In this document: positions 30,273 to 39,232 of the stretch, piece by piece
Numbering within the stretch: position 1 is the first letter of the stretch
Layout of the letters: every line of letters starts with the position of its first letter
Assembly (NCBI GenBank): GCA_045594425.1
Contig: JAZNYK010000016.1
Location: 44,173-108,172, forward strand
Direction: 5' to 3'
Source of the DNA: Clostridia bacterium
Lineage (GTDB): Bacteria > Bacillota > Clostridia > Christensenellales > UBA1242
Length of the DNA: 64,000 nucleotides
Position numbers and translations under genes: made by a program
Notes under the pieces: model-generated
Told to the model about the DNA's origin: nothing
Database searches by the model: none
Seen by the model: only the letters and a program-made list of their open reading frames with translations

Positions 30273-31535
30273 CTAAAATTGCTTAATATGTTCAATTTTT
30301 AGATTTTTCCCAACAGCAACAATATTAAAAGTTTGCTCATTTGCTATTTGTTTTGCAAAATCATTAACCTGTTTCAATGTTACATCATCAAAGTTTTTAA
30401 CACGCATTGCAGGGGTTAAGGTTTTTTCATACAAATGCAAACAAGTTGCATTTATCTCTGCAATGTCACTATTTGTTTCTGAACTATATGCAACGCAAGA
30501 TTTTTTAAAATTTTTTGCTCTTAAAAGTTCATCTTCGGTAACACCATTTTCAGCCATATTTAAAATAACTTTTTTTATTTCAGCCATTGCTTTTTTTATG
30601 TTTTGCGGACGTGTTCCAAAAATAATAAAAATTTCGCCAGCGTTTGCACCTGCATCATTGAAAGCATAAATTGAATAAACCAAACCAAGTTCTTCTCTAA
30701 TAAGTTTAAAGAGTCTTGAGTTTTGAGAATTTCCAAGAATTGAAGTATAGATATCTGAAACATATTTAAGTTTGCTTTTGCATTGTTCACTTTTTATATG
30801 CACACAAACATTTGCTTGATTATCTTCCCTTGAAACAATGTCATACTTTTTTAGAGGTTCAACATTTATTGGTGAAAAATCAACCTTGTAACTTTTCGCT
30901 TCATAATCAAAATGCGATGAAAAAAGCCTTTCAACAACACTATCAAGTTTATCAAAGTCAATGTTTCCAGCAACTGAAATAATGCAATTTTCTGCCCTAT
31001 AAAACTTGTTTTTATATTCAAGCAACTTTTCCCTTGAAACGTTCATGATAATTTCTTCACGTCCAAGTTCATCATGTGCAAACGGATGTTCTCCAAAATA
31101 GTTATTCATAACCCTTTCATAAAGCACCTGAACAGGGTCATCTGCACACTTTTGCATTTCTTCAATAACAACATTACGCTCTTTATCAATTTCTGCAATA
31201 TCAAACTTTGGATGCAAAAGCATATCAGAATAAATTTCAAAGCATGGTTCAAAATTTTCCTTTAAACACTTAAATGTGTATCTTGTGGTTGTTCTTGACG
31301 TGTATGCATTGTAATCAGCACCATAAAGTGTTAGTTTATCCATAATTTCTTCAGTTGAATTTTTTTCTGAACTTTTAAACATTAAATGTTCAATAAAATG
31401 CGAATAACCTTCTTGCTCTTTTGATTCGTTTTGTGAACCAACAAAAAACAATATGCTGATTGCAACAACATCTTTATCATTCTTTTCTAAAAATAATCGA
31501 AGACCATTTTTGTATGTTTTGTTAAAATTTGCCAT
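30273..31535 (-). CDS. M16 (pitrilysin/insulinase) family zinc peptidase
   Basis: Inverted zinc-binding motif HFIEHLMFK (HxxEH), about 420 aa with a two-domain layout. Confidence 0.88.
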   Translation of the reverse strand: MANFNKTYKNGLRLFLEKNDKDVVAISILFFVGSQNESKEQEGYSHFIEHLMFKSSEKNSTEEIMDKLTLYGADYNAYTSRTTTRYTFKCLKENFEPCFEIYSDMLLHPKFDIAEIDKERNVVIEEMQKCADDPVQVLYERVMNNYFGEHPFAHDELGREEIIMNVSREKLLEYKNKFYRAENCIISVAGNIDFDKLDSVVERLFSSHFDYEAKSYKVDFSPINVEPLKKYDIVSREDNQANVCVHIKSEQCKSKLKYVSDIYTSILGNSQNSRLFKLIREELGLVYSIYAFNDAGANAGEIFIIFGTRPQNIKKAMAEIKKVILNMAENGVTEDELLRAKNFKKSCVAYSSETNSDIAEINATCLHLYEKTLTPAMRVKNFDDVTLKQVNDFAKQIANEQTFNIVAVGKNLKIEHIKQF

Positions 31536-31560
31536 AATTCACCTAGTTATAAAAATATTA

Positions 31561-32985
31561 CTATTCACCAAATACACTTGCGTGTGTTTTTGGCTGACTT
31601 GATTGCAGTTTAAGTTTTAAAACTTCAATCATTTCCTTATCTTTTGCAAATTGTGCTTTTTGAACATCGTCATATTTTGAGCATGACAGTGCAAAATTTA
31701 AGACTTCAATTGCATGAGAACATAATAAATATGCCGACTCTTCATCTTGCATGATTTTGTTTGGAATATTTAAAACCAATATTGGATTTTGCTCAATTTG
31801 TTGTGCTAATGCACTCAACTCTGAAAGTTTTATTTGATGCGAATTAATTGCATCAACAACTCCATCTTTTTTCACAATGCCAAAACCTTCTGAAAACACA
31901 TGAACAGAATCAAACTCTTCATCAAAAGGCTCAAAATTATGATTAATATAAGTGTATTTATTTTTACTAGATTCAATATAAGCGTGTCCGTCATAAAAAC
32001 CACTTATTCTTCTGTAACCACGACTAACAACCTTTTCTTTGTCATTCATAACAAAATATTTAGTTCCCTTCATGGCTGAAATCAAACCTTCAGATTCTTC
32101 ACCAATTGCTGGATACCATGAATCAAACAAAGAACCATCTCGCCTTATGTATGTGAACGTAAAATCACCTTTTTCATCAAAACCACCAACATAGGCAAAG
32201 TTTTTTCCAAAATTCCCAGCCATTTTAAAATATTCTTTGCTAATTTCGTGTCCACTTTCATCAATAAAGTTATGACCTTTTTCTTCATGAACTCTGCAAA
32301 GCCCATTAACAAAGCCATGAACCATGTCATATGGTTTGCTAATTTGTTTGCCATCTGGTGAATAATAAACATAAGAAACTTTACCCGATTGAGCATCTTT
32401 GTTTCTAGTTAAAATTAAGCCATTATCTTCAATCCACATAATGTTTTGATATGGTCCACTCAATATTTGAAATTGTTTATTTATAACATAATTTTCACCA
32501 TCAATCTCAACAAAGGTGTTTTCACCATATAAAAATGGATACACTCTATCAAAAGCAACATCTGCCATTTCAAGTTGTTTGTTTACATATGTCCATTTTC
32601 CATCGTCACGCATAACACAACCAAGCCCACCAGAAAAACACCCTATGTCTTTAAACTGCTCACCAAACTTAACACCTTGTTTAGTTAGCCATCTTTTTGA
32701 GCCATCAAGTTCAGTAACAAGAGCAATACCATCATCTGAAAACAAATCAATTTCTTTTGCTTCCCCGCAAACAACATTTCCGTTTAAATCAATTAAAACT
32801 TCATTAAAAAATCCCTTTTTTGCGGAAAAATACCCATCTTGTCTTGGCTCAAGTTCATAGTATGTAATATCCGAAATTCTGCCAATGCGGTCAACCAAAG
32901 CATATTCATTCTTGCCCACATTAGCAATAAACCTTCCATTTTCACAGTTTTTTAAACTTGAAACACCTTCATGAAAGTATCGCAT
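31561..32985 (-). CDS. WG-repeat (KWG-type beta-propeller-like repeat) protein with helical C-terminal domain
   Basis: Repeated approximately 35-40-aa units rich in G/F/Y/W...DG patterns (DGKWTYVNKQ, DGSKRWLTKQG, GLCRVHEEKGHNFIDESG, GFGIVKKDGVVDAIN). No signal peptide. ATG 32985 (MRYFHEG) has GGAGGA at 7 nt, so the track start is an extension. Confidence 0.7.
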   Translation of the reverse strand: MRYFHEGVSSLKNCENGRFIANVGKNEYALVDRIGRISDITYYELEPRQDGYFSAKKGFFNEVLIDLNGNVVCGEAKEIDLFSDDGIALVTELDGSKRWLTKQGVKFGEQFKDIGCFSGGLGCVMRDDGKWTYVNKQLEMADVAFDRVYPFLYGENTFVEIDGENYVINKQFQILSGPYQNIMWIEDNGLILTRNKDAQSGKVSYVYYSPDGKQISKPYDMVHGFVNGLCRVHEEKGHNFIDESGHEISKEYFKMAGNFGKNFAYVGGFDEKGDFTFTYIRRDGSLFDSWYPAIGEESEGLISAMKGTKYFVMNDKEKVVSRGYRRISGFYDGHAYIESSKNKYTYINHNFEPFDEEFDSVHVFSEGFGIVKKDGVVDAINSHQIKLSELSALAQQIEQNPILVLNIPNKIMQDEESAYLLCSHAIEVLNFALSCSKYDDVQKAQFAKDKEMIEVLKLKLQSSQPKTHASVFGE

Positions 32986-33042
32986 AAACATTTCCTCCGT
33001 AATTATTATATCACAAACACCCAAACAAAAATAGTGTTTTTG

Positions 33043-33069
33043 AAAAAAAGAACCCTCAAAGAGAGTTCT
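33043..33069 (-). terminator. Rho-independent terminator after the 881-aa surface protein gene
   Basis: Minus strand AGAACTCTC-ttt-GAGGGTTCT (one mismatch) followed by TTTTTTT. Confidence 0.7.
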
Positions 33070-35706
33070 TTACGCTATCATTAATGCATAGACCTTGTTT
33101 CCACAAACATTTTCACCAAAATTGCAATATGATGAAATTGAAACCCCAGTAAAATGCCAAACTTTTGTAAGCAACGAGTTTATATCAACCTGATAATCAA
33201 AAGCAATTTCAATTGTGTAATAATCACTTTCATTCACATAGTTTTTCAATTCATTAACAATTTGATAAACTTCGGTATCTGAATTAGCAAGTAAATCATA
33301 ATCTGAATCAGAAACAGTTATATAATCATAAATATTAAACTCTGTAACTGCATCAATTTCTTCATAATGATTTGAAGAGTATCCTTCGTTTTGTTTAAAC
33401 TCATCTGTAAACATAAAACTTGAATAAGTTAAAATTTCGTAAGTGTCAGACATTAAAATATTTCCATGAGTTGCATCAATACCATACCAACTTCCATCAA
33501 CAAAAACCTTGTTCCAAGCGTGTGCATTTCCACCCACTCTGATTGTTGGAATATTTTCAATTTGTGCTAATATCAAGAGTGATTTTGCAATGCCGTCACA
33601 AACAGCAATACCATCATCAAACACACCCTCTGCATACCATGCATTATATTTTTGCCACTCAATTTGATTAGCATCAGATTTTTCAACAGCAAGATTATCA
33701 TATTCAACATTTAAAATCAACCATTCATAAATTGCCATAAGTTTGTCTACATCAGACATATCATCATCAACAATTTCAGTTAAAACACTTTTTGCTTTAT
33801 TATAAATTCTTTCAGCATCTGAACCCAACGCACAAACTGGATTAAGTCCCTTTTCTAAAGCATAAACAAGTTGATTTGTTGTTGAAACAGTCAATTTCTT
33901 TTTTACACTGTTTATATTAAACTCATCAAAACCATCACCCCTCAAACTTTCATGATTAACAGCATTTGCATATTCAAGTTGAGCAAGCGTGTATTGTTTT
34001 TCTTCATCACAAACCAAAGTTGCTTCGGTTTGCCTATAACTGTTTGAAATATAAATAGCCCCTTTTGAGCCAGAAGCAGAATAACTAACCCTGCTATTTG
34101 ACGCATAGGTTGATTTGTCAATTGCAAGAGCAAGTTCATTCATCAACGACTGCCCAGATAATGTTTTGTATGTTAAATTTATTTTATAATTTGAAGTAAT
34201 ATTATAAAACTCAACGTATTCAACCCAAGCAACAAGTTCATCAAATGAATCAATGCTTGTTGTCACAGACGATGATGCGTTGTTAAATTCTGAAAGATAT
34301 GGATAAAAACCTTCTCCCAGCATATATTCCCAATTTCCATATAATGTTAAACCATCATTTGGCATAACGCTGAAAGTATATCTATTTGTGCAGGCAGCAT
34401 CGGTATACCATCCATCAACTTGATAGCCAGACATTCCATAATCTGCCGAATTGATTTCAGGAGCAGAGATTGCTTGACCTGCTTGTTCAAAAATCTCATC
34501 ATCATACAAAATCATTCCATCAACTGAAAATGTGATTGAATCACCACGCCAAAGTGCAGTGAATTGCAAATTTCCAAACGAACCTTTTTCAATAACAACA
34601 ATCGAAGATGTTTCTGCAATTCCAGAACCCATCCAACCAATAAAATCGAAGTCAGTTTTAGTTGGATTTTTTAACGTGAATGTTTCTGTTTCAATTGTGT
34701 ATTCAATTGGATTAATTCCACTTACCGTTCCACCATTCAAGTTATATGTTATTGTGTAGGTTATAACACTCCAATCGGCATACAAAATGTAATCTTTTAA
34801 TTGCATTGAATTTATTTGTTCAATCTTGTCACCACCACCATTTTGTGCAGTATACCAACCATTAAACTTATATCCATTTGCACTTAAGTCTTGCAAATCA
34901 AATAATCCATTTCTAACATCATAAGTTTTTAAGTTATTATTTTCTGCAGACACTCTTGAAACATAAGTTATTGTTTTTGTTATAGGTTCAAACTTTGCTA
35001 TCAATGAAACATCCTCATCAATACTGTCAAACACAATGATTTTGTTTGAACTATACAAAGTTTCACCCACATACCAGCCAACAAAAGTATACCCATGGTT
35101 TTCAGTTACATTTAATGTTGTGTTTGATTGATATAAAAACTCACCAGTTCCAGAAATTTCACCAGCACCTTCATGACTAACCTCTGCCAAAATATCATAT
35201 TTTCTTTCTTGTGATGTAAACTGTGCGGTGTAGGTTGCCTCCCCAGAAACAATTTCAAGTTCAGGAAGCCATCCCGCAAAAACATATTCAATTGTGGCTG
35301 TTGGTGTTTTTTGTGGCTGTCCATCAAACACTGGAATTGTGTCATAATCAACCTGCTGAACAAACTCTTCACCTTCAACAATAAAAGTTATTGCAAACTT
35401 TTTAGCAGTCCATTTTGCAACCAATTTAATATCTTTTGTAACTGTTTTTTCATTTGTCCACATTTCATCATCAAGGAACCAACCATCAAAAGTGTAACCT
35501 GTTCGAGCCTTTGGTGACGGCAGGTTTATTGTTTGATTGTTTTCAACTTCAATAGATTGCGTGTCACAAACACCACCATTTGCATCAAAAGTTACTGTGT
35601 GGGTTGATTTAAACCAATCAGTATGAGAATAGGTGTAATAACCAACACCGATGACAACACAAACAATGGTTAATATAATCAAAAACTTTTTCCAAAAACT
35701 TTTCAT
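33070..35706 (-). CDS. Anchored/secreted protein: about 6 Listeria-Bacteroides (Flg_new/InlB-B-type) repeats plus a C-terminal transglutaminase-like cysteine protease core
   Basis: N-terminal TM/signal (FWKKFLIILTIVCVVIGVGYY). Repeats are marked by GYTFDGWF, FAGWLP, GYTFVGWY, GYKFNGWYT, DFIGWMG and GYQVDGWYTD. The C-terminal part GIAVCDGIAKSLLILAQ...NAHAWNKVFVDGSWYGIDATHG is a Cys-His-Asp transglutaminase-core pattern. ATG 35706 is preferred (AAAGGA SD). Confidence 0.8.
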   Translation of the reverse strand: MKSFWKKFLIILTIVCVVIGVGYYTYSHTDWFKSTHTVTFDANGGVCDTQSIEVENNQTINLPSPKARTGYTFDGWFLDDEMWTNEKTVTKDIKLVAKWTAKKFAITFIVEGEEFVQQVDYDTIPVFDGQPQKTPTATIEYVFAGWLPELEIVSGEATYTAQFTSQERKYDILAEVSHEGAGEISGTGEFLYQSNTTLNVTENHGYTFVGWYVGETLYSSNKIIVFDSIDEDVSLIAKFEPITKTITYVSRVSAENNNLKTYDVRNGLFDLQDLSANGYKFNGWYTAQNGGGDKIEQINSMQLKDYILYADWSVITYTITYNLNGGTVSGINPIEYTIETETFTLKNPTKTDFDFIGWMGSGIAETSSIVVIEKGSFGNLQFTALWRGDSITFSVDGMILYDDEIFEQAGQAISAPEINSADYGMSGYQVDGWYTDAACTNRYTFSVMPNDGLTLYGNWEYMLGEGFYPYLSEFNNASSSVTTSIDSFDELVAWVEYVEFYNITSNYKINLTYKTLSGQSLMNELALAIDKSTYASNSRVSYSASGSKGAIYISNSYRQTEATLVCDEEKQYTLAQLEYANAVNHESLRGDGFDEFNINSVKKKLTVSTTNQLVYALEKGLNPVCALGSDAERIYNKAKSVLTEIVDDDMSDVDKLMAIYEWLILNVEYDNLAVEKSDANQIEWQKYNAWYAEGVFDDGIAVCDGIAKSLLILAQIENIPTIRVGGNAHAWNKVFVDGSWYGIDATHGNILMSDTYEILTYSSFMFTDEFKQNEGYSSNHYEEIDAVTEFNIYDYITVSDSDYDLLANSDTEVYQIVNELKNYVNESDYYTIEIAFDYQVDINSLLTKVWHFTGVSISSYCNFGENVCGNKVYALMIA

Positions 35707-35772
35707 AAAAATCATCCTTTAGTTGATAACCTTAATATACCACAATAGCCATAGTTTTAACAAACGCTAAAT

Positions 35773-35797
35773 AAAAAAACAGTAAATTTCTACTGCT
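35773..35797 (-). terminator. Rho-independent terminator after the lipoprotein gene
   Basis: Minus strand GCAGTA-gaaatt-TACTGT followed by TTTTTTT. The stem is short. Confidence 0.55.
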
Positions 35798-35808
35798 TTT
35801 TATTTAAA

Positions 35809-36633
35809 TTAATCTCTTTCTAACACAACCATGCATTGTGCACGTTTTCCACAGAAATCTGCTTGTATCAAAACACCTTCAAAGTCCGCACTTGTTACTG
35901 TGATTTTTCCATTAACAAGAGTAAATCTTGCCAAATCTGCAACTGATGAATATTCAGCAACGCTGAACACAACATTTCGTGCAGAAACGTTGCTAGGAGT
36001 AATATTTAAAGTTAGTTGTTTTTCTTCATTAAGTTTAACCTTAAACATTTGATATCCAAAAGCATGAATATCATCACCAACAAAATTAATGTTTACATTC
36101 TCATTAGGAACCCAAACAGCGTAAAGTGAAAAACTTGATGTTGATGTGGCAACAGTTGAACCTTCCTTATAAACCGTTCCAACACCATTTGATTTTGTGC
36201 ACCAACCCGCAAAAGCACATCCTTGTTTTTCAAACGAAGTGTTTTCTATTGCTTTAACGCTATCATTAATATTAAATGATTGTTCGACAGTTTGCCCCTC
36301 ACCATTATTTGAGTGATATGTTATTTTATAATTAATAGTATTCCATTTTGCATAAACATTAATATCTGCAGTTAAAGATTTTTCTTTATAATAATCCAAC
36401 GAAAATTGAACTGTGAAATCCTCATCAAAATACCATCCACCAAATTCATATCCATCTTTTGATGGTTCATTTTCAAGTGAAAGACTTCTGTTTCCTGATG
36501 TTGTTATCGTTTCAAACACTTCACCATCAACATAAAAATTTATGTTATATTCATCACCATTTCCACATGCTGAAAATAATCCTGCAAAACACACAAACAT
36601 AAATGCCAAAATAATCGCTTTAATTCTTTTCAT
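35809..36633 (-). CDS. Lipoprotein with two Listeria-Bacteroides repeats and a C-terminal Ig-like (Big_2-like) domain
   Basis: Lipobox LFSACGN after MKRIKAIILAFMFVCFAG. Repeats GYEFGGWYFDEDFT and GCAFAGWCTKSNG. AAGGTGAGG SD lies inside the Nudix gene 3' end, and the start abuts the Nudix stop. Confidence 0.8.
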   Translation of the reverse strand: MKRIKAIILAFMFVCFAGLFSACGNGDEYNINFYVDGEVFETITTSGNRSLSLENEPSKDGYEFGGWYFDEDFTVQFSLDYYKEKSLTADINVYAKWNTINYKITYHSNNGEGQTVEQSFNINDSVKAIENTSFEKQGCAFAGWCTKSNGVGTVYKEGSTVATSTSSFSLYAVWVPNENVNINFVGDDIHAFGYQMFKVKLNEEKQLTLNITPSNVSARNVVFSVAEYSSVADLARFTLVNGKITVTSADFEGVLIQADFCGKRAQCMVVLERD

Positions 36634-36634
36634 T

Positions 36635-37180
36635 TTATGCCTCACCTTTTTTGTTATTTAAATAATCTTTGTAATATAGCAAAATTTTCAGGTCTCGCAA
36701 AACCATAAATCTTGTTCGATAAACACTATCAAACTGACTTGGTTTCAAATTTTTTAAACAACCACCAACAAGTTCAATAGCCTCATCAAGAGCAACCCAC
36801 AAAAGTGTTGCTCCTTCAATTTTCTCTTTTTCTGTAAGATTTAATTGTTCTGTTTGTTTAGTTACATTTGCCACAAACACATGACTTGTTTGTTTAAAAT
36901 TTTCAATTGTTTTTCTCTCTTCAAACTCACCAAGTTTACAAACAATGTCAACTTCACAGCCAGTCTCCTCCAAAACTTCACGTTTGAATGCAAGTTCTAA
37001 ATCTTCATTATCTTCAACCCCACCACCTGGAAGTTTAAATTCATTTTTGTTCGCTTTGTTAAAAATTGCTATTTTTCCATCAAAACAAACAATACCTCGA
37101 GCACCCACTCTTGTTTGAGGATTATTCATAGAAACATTTTGATTTCCAAAATCAGAATCATCAACCACACCAATTAACAT
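36635..37180 (-). CDS. NUDIX hydrolase
   Basis: Nudix box GGGVEDNEDLELAFKREVLEETGC (GX5EX7REUXEEXGU). 181 aa. Confidence 0.88.
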   Translation of the reverse strand: MLIGVVDDSDFGNQNVSMNNPQTRVGARGIVCFDGKIAIFNKANKNEFKLPGGGVEDNEDLELAFKREVLEETGCEVDIVCKLGEFEERKTIENFKQTSHVFVANVTKQTEQLNLTEKEKIEGATLLWVALDEAIELVGGCLKNLKPSQFDSVYRTRFMVLRDLKILLYYKDYLNNKKGEA

Positions 37181-37343
37181 AGAATCTCCAAATTAATTAT
37201 TTTTTATAAAAACATTAATAATTTAATCATTTTGATAAAAATTTGCACTTTTTGTTACCAGTAACTTTACTAAAAAACAATCAAAATAAATTACAAACAT
37301 ATTATATCATAAGTTTAATATTAATCAAAAGTATTTTTTAAAT

Positions 37344-37370
37344 AAAAAAAGCATTGCTTTTGCAATGCTT
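37344..37370 (-). terminator. Rho-independent terminator of the NlpC/P60 gene (hairpin includes the stop codon)
   Basis: Minus strand AAGCATTGC-aaaa-GCAATGCTT followed by TTTTTTT. Confidence 0.85.
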
Positions 37371-38256
37371 AACAATAGTTTTTATAAGTATTAAATTTAT
37401 ATGGTTTTGAACTAGCCGCACTATATATGTAAGAACTATATTTATGTTCCCCTGTCTTAATTCCACCTTGGTCCATATACACAACCGAATTGCCACTAGC
37501 ATACAAGAACATAGCAACATGTCTATCACCTGAACTTCCTGTTAATCTATCATATATCACCGTTCCGCAAGCGACCTTGCTTAAACTTGAAAGTGACGAC
37601 CCTGTATATGCACCTTTATGACCATAAAGTCCACTTAACCCAGAAACCGAGTTTGGATTGCTTGAGTTAATTGTATAACAAGCAATCGAATGAACAAGTC
37701 TAACAAACCCAAAACAATCTGTGTAAATTCGTTTGCCTGAATTTATTCTATTTATACAATCAGTTAAACTATAATAAACCGCCCCAGCAGAACCCCCACT
37801 TGACGAGTATGACAAACTATAAAAGTGTAAACGGTTTTCATATTTTATTGTTTGTGATTGCAAGATTTGCAACCCAATTTTTGCAACCATCTTTTTATTT
37901 CTGTCAGATGTTGAATCAGACAACTCTTTAACAGCATTATTATAAGCGGTTAAATATTCACCTTTTAATGTAATGTTTAAAACACTTGAAACATCACCAG
38001 TTGAACCAGAAACTGAAATAACATTATTTTCTGATTTTGTTGCGGTTGAACTAGACCCACCACCAGACGATGCTCCACTTGAGGAGGATGAACCACCGCT
38101 TGATTTTGTTTCTGACTCTGTTTGAGTTTTAGACCACAAATCTAAATCAGTCAAACTAATTGGCTGAATAAACCCCAACATAACACTTCCAATCAAAACA
38201 AATTCAATCACCAGGAAGCACGCCAGAATCCCCATAAATGTTTTTAATTTTTCCAT
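37369..38256 (-). CDS. Membrane-anchored NlpC/P60-like (papain-fold) peptidase with Ser/Gly-rich linker
   Basis: N-terminal TM (GILACFLVIEFVLIGSVMLGF), linker SSGGSSSSSGASSGGGSSS, and a C-terminal part with candidate catalytic Cys in TDCFGFVRLV and His in GDRHVAMFLY. Confidence 0.7.
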   Translation of the reverse strand: MEKLKTFMGILACFLVIEFVLIGSVMLGFIQPISLTDLDLWSKTQTESETKSSGGSSSSSGASSGGGSSSTATKSENNVISVSGSTGDVSSVLNITLKGEYLTAYNNAVKELSDSTSDRNKKMVAKIGLQILQSQTIKYENRLHFYSLSYSSSGGSAGAVYYSLTDCINRINSGKRIYTDCFGFVRLVHSIACYTINSSNPNSVSGLSGLYGHKGAYTGSSLSSLSKVACGTVIYDRLTGSSGDRHVAMFLYASGNSVVYMDQGGIKTGEHKYSSYIYSAASSKPYKFNTYKNYC

Positions 38257-38296
38257 ATAAGCCCCCTTTTCATCAAAAGCCTATCATAGTAATGAA

Positions 38297-38325
38297 ATTA
38301 TAACACAATTAGACATTTATTTCAA
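38297..38325 (-). promoter_or_regulatory. Sigma-A-type promoter for the NlpC/P60 gene (TTGAAA-17-TATAAT)
   Basis: Minus strand ggtaTTGAAAtaaatgtctaattgtgtTATAATttc. Confidence 0.55.
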
Positions 38326-38444
38326 TACCTTTTGAAAAATTAATTTTATAAAAATTCTCATAAATTTTCTTATTTATTTAAGCAATTAACTGTTTATTTT
38401 ACACAATTTGCTTAAATATGCGTTTTTTATTTTAAATTTTCCAA

Positions 38445-38477
38445 TAAAAAATACAAGTGTTCAAATAACACTTGTAT
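38445..38477 (-). terminator. Rho-independent terminator after tRNA-Thr
   Basis: Minus strand ATACAAGTGTT-atttg-AACACTTGTAT followed by TTTTTTAT. Confidence 0.8.
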
Positions 38478-38482
38478 CAAAG

Positions 38483-38558
38483 TGGGGCTGGTGAAGGGAC
38501 TCGAACCCCCGACCCACGCATTACGAATGCATTGCTCTACCAACTGAGCCACACCAGC
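38483..38558 (-). tRNA. tRNA-Thr (anticodon CGU), CCA encoded
   Basis: Reverse complement GCTGGTGTGGCTCAGTTGGTAGAGCAATGCATTCGTAATGCGTGGGTCGGGGGTTCGAGTCCCTTCACCAGCCCCA. 7-bp acceptor stem, D-arm GCTC/GAGC, anticodon loop TTCGTAA, T-loop TTCGAGT, 76 nt. Confidence 0.93.
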
Positions 38559-38594
38559 ATATGGGGATATCTATAACCCCATGTTTCATAAAAA

Positions 38595-39230
38595 TTATTT
38601 AGACTTTTTTTCTTTCTTTTTCTTTGCAAATTTTGCATCAAGTTCTGCTCGAAGTTCCGCCATTTTATCTGTGTATATTTTCATATTTTCTTGAACTTCT
38701 TCTTGCGTTAACCTTTTTGGATTTTCACCAACAACCTTGAATGGTTCACCAACAATAATATAATTTTTCCTAAAAAGTTTTGGTCTTTTATAAAGAAGCA
38801 TAGGAACAATTTCAACATCACCTTTTGAAGCAAATATTACAATACCTGTTTTCGCATCACCCATTTCTTCCTCTGCACCAGATTTATTTCTTGTGCCCTC
38901 AGGAAAAATAAATACTTGATGATTTTCATTGAGTTCTGCAAGTGTCTTTTTGTAAACGCTTGGTGTTATTTGTTTTCTATCAACAGGAAATGCACCTAAA
39001 CATTTAAAGAACCATGCTGAAAATTTGTTATTAAAAAGTTCTTGTTTTCCCATAAATCTAAATTTTGTAAAAAATCTAAAATTATAAATCAATGGGTCTA
39101 AATTAGAATAGTGATTGCTTGTAACAATGCACTTTTTCTTTTTAGGAAGCCTCTCTTTATGAATAACCCAAGTTGGAAACAAAATAGAAATTGGAAGATA
39201 GCAAATTATAAACATTATAACAAAAACCAT
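38595..39230 (-). CDS. plsC: 1-acyl-sn-glycerol-3-phosphate acyltransferase
   Basis: HX4D motif (SNHYSNLDP) and FPEGTR motif. 211 aa with an N-terminal hydrophobic segment. Confidence 0.88.
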   Translation of the reverse strand: MVFVIMFIICYLPISILFPTWVIHKERLPKKKKCIVTSNHYSNLDPLIYNFRFFTKFRFMGKQELFNNKFSAWFFKCLGAFPVDRKQITPSVYKKTLAELNENHQVFIFPEGTRNKSGAEEEMGDAKTGIVIFASKGDVEIVPMLLYKRPKLFRKNYIIVGEPFKVVGENPKRLTQEEVQENMKIYTDKMAELRAELDAKFAKKKKEKKSK

Positions 39231-39232
39231 TT

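Noticed and set aside
38483-38558. tRNA-Thr as the attachment site of an integrated mobile element
   Set aside because: No integrase, recombinase or phage genes are in the adjacent block, and I could not spot a direct repeat of the tRNA 3' end by eye. It is kept only as a low-interest check.
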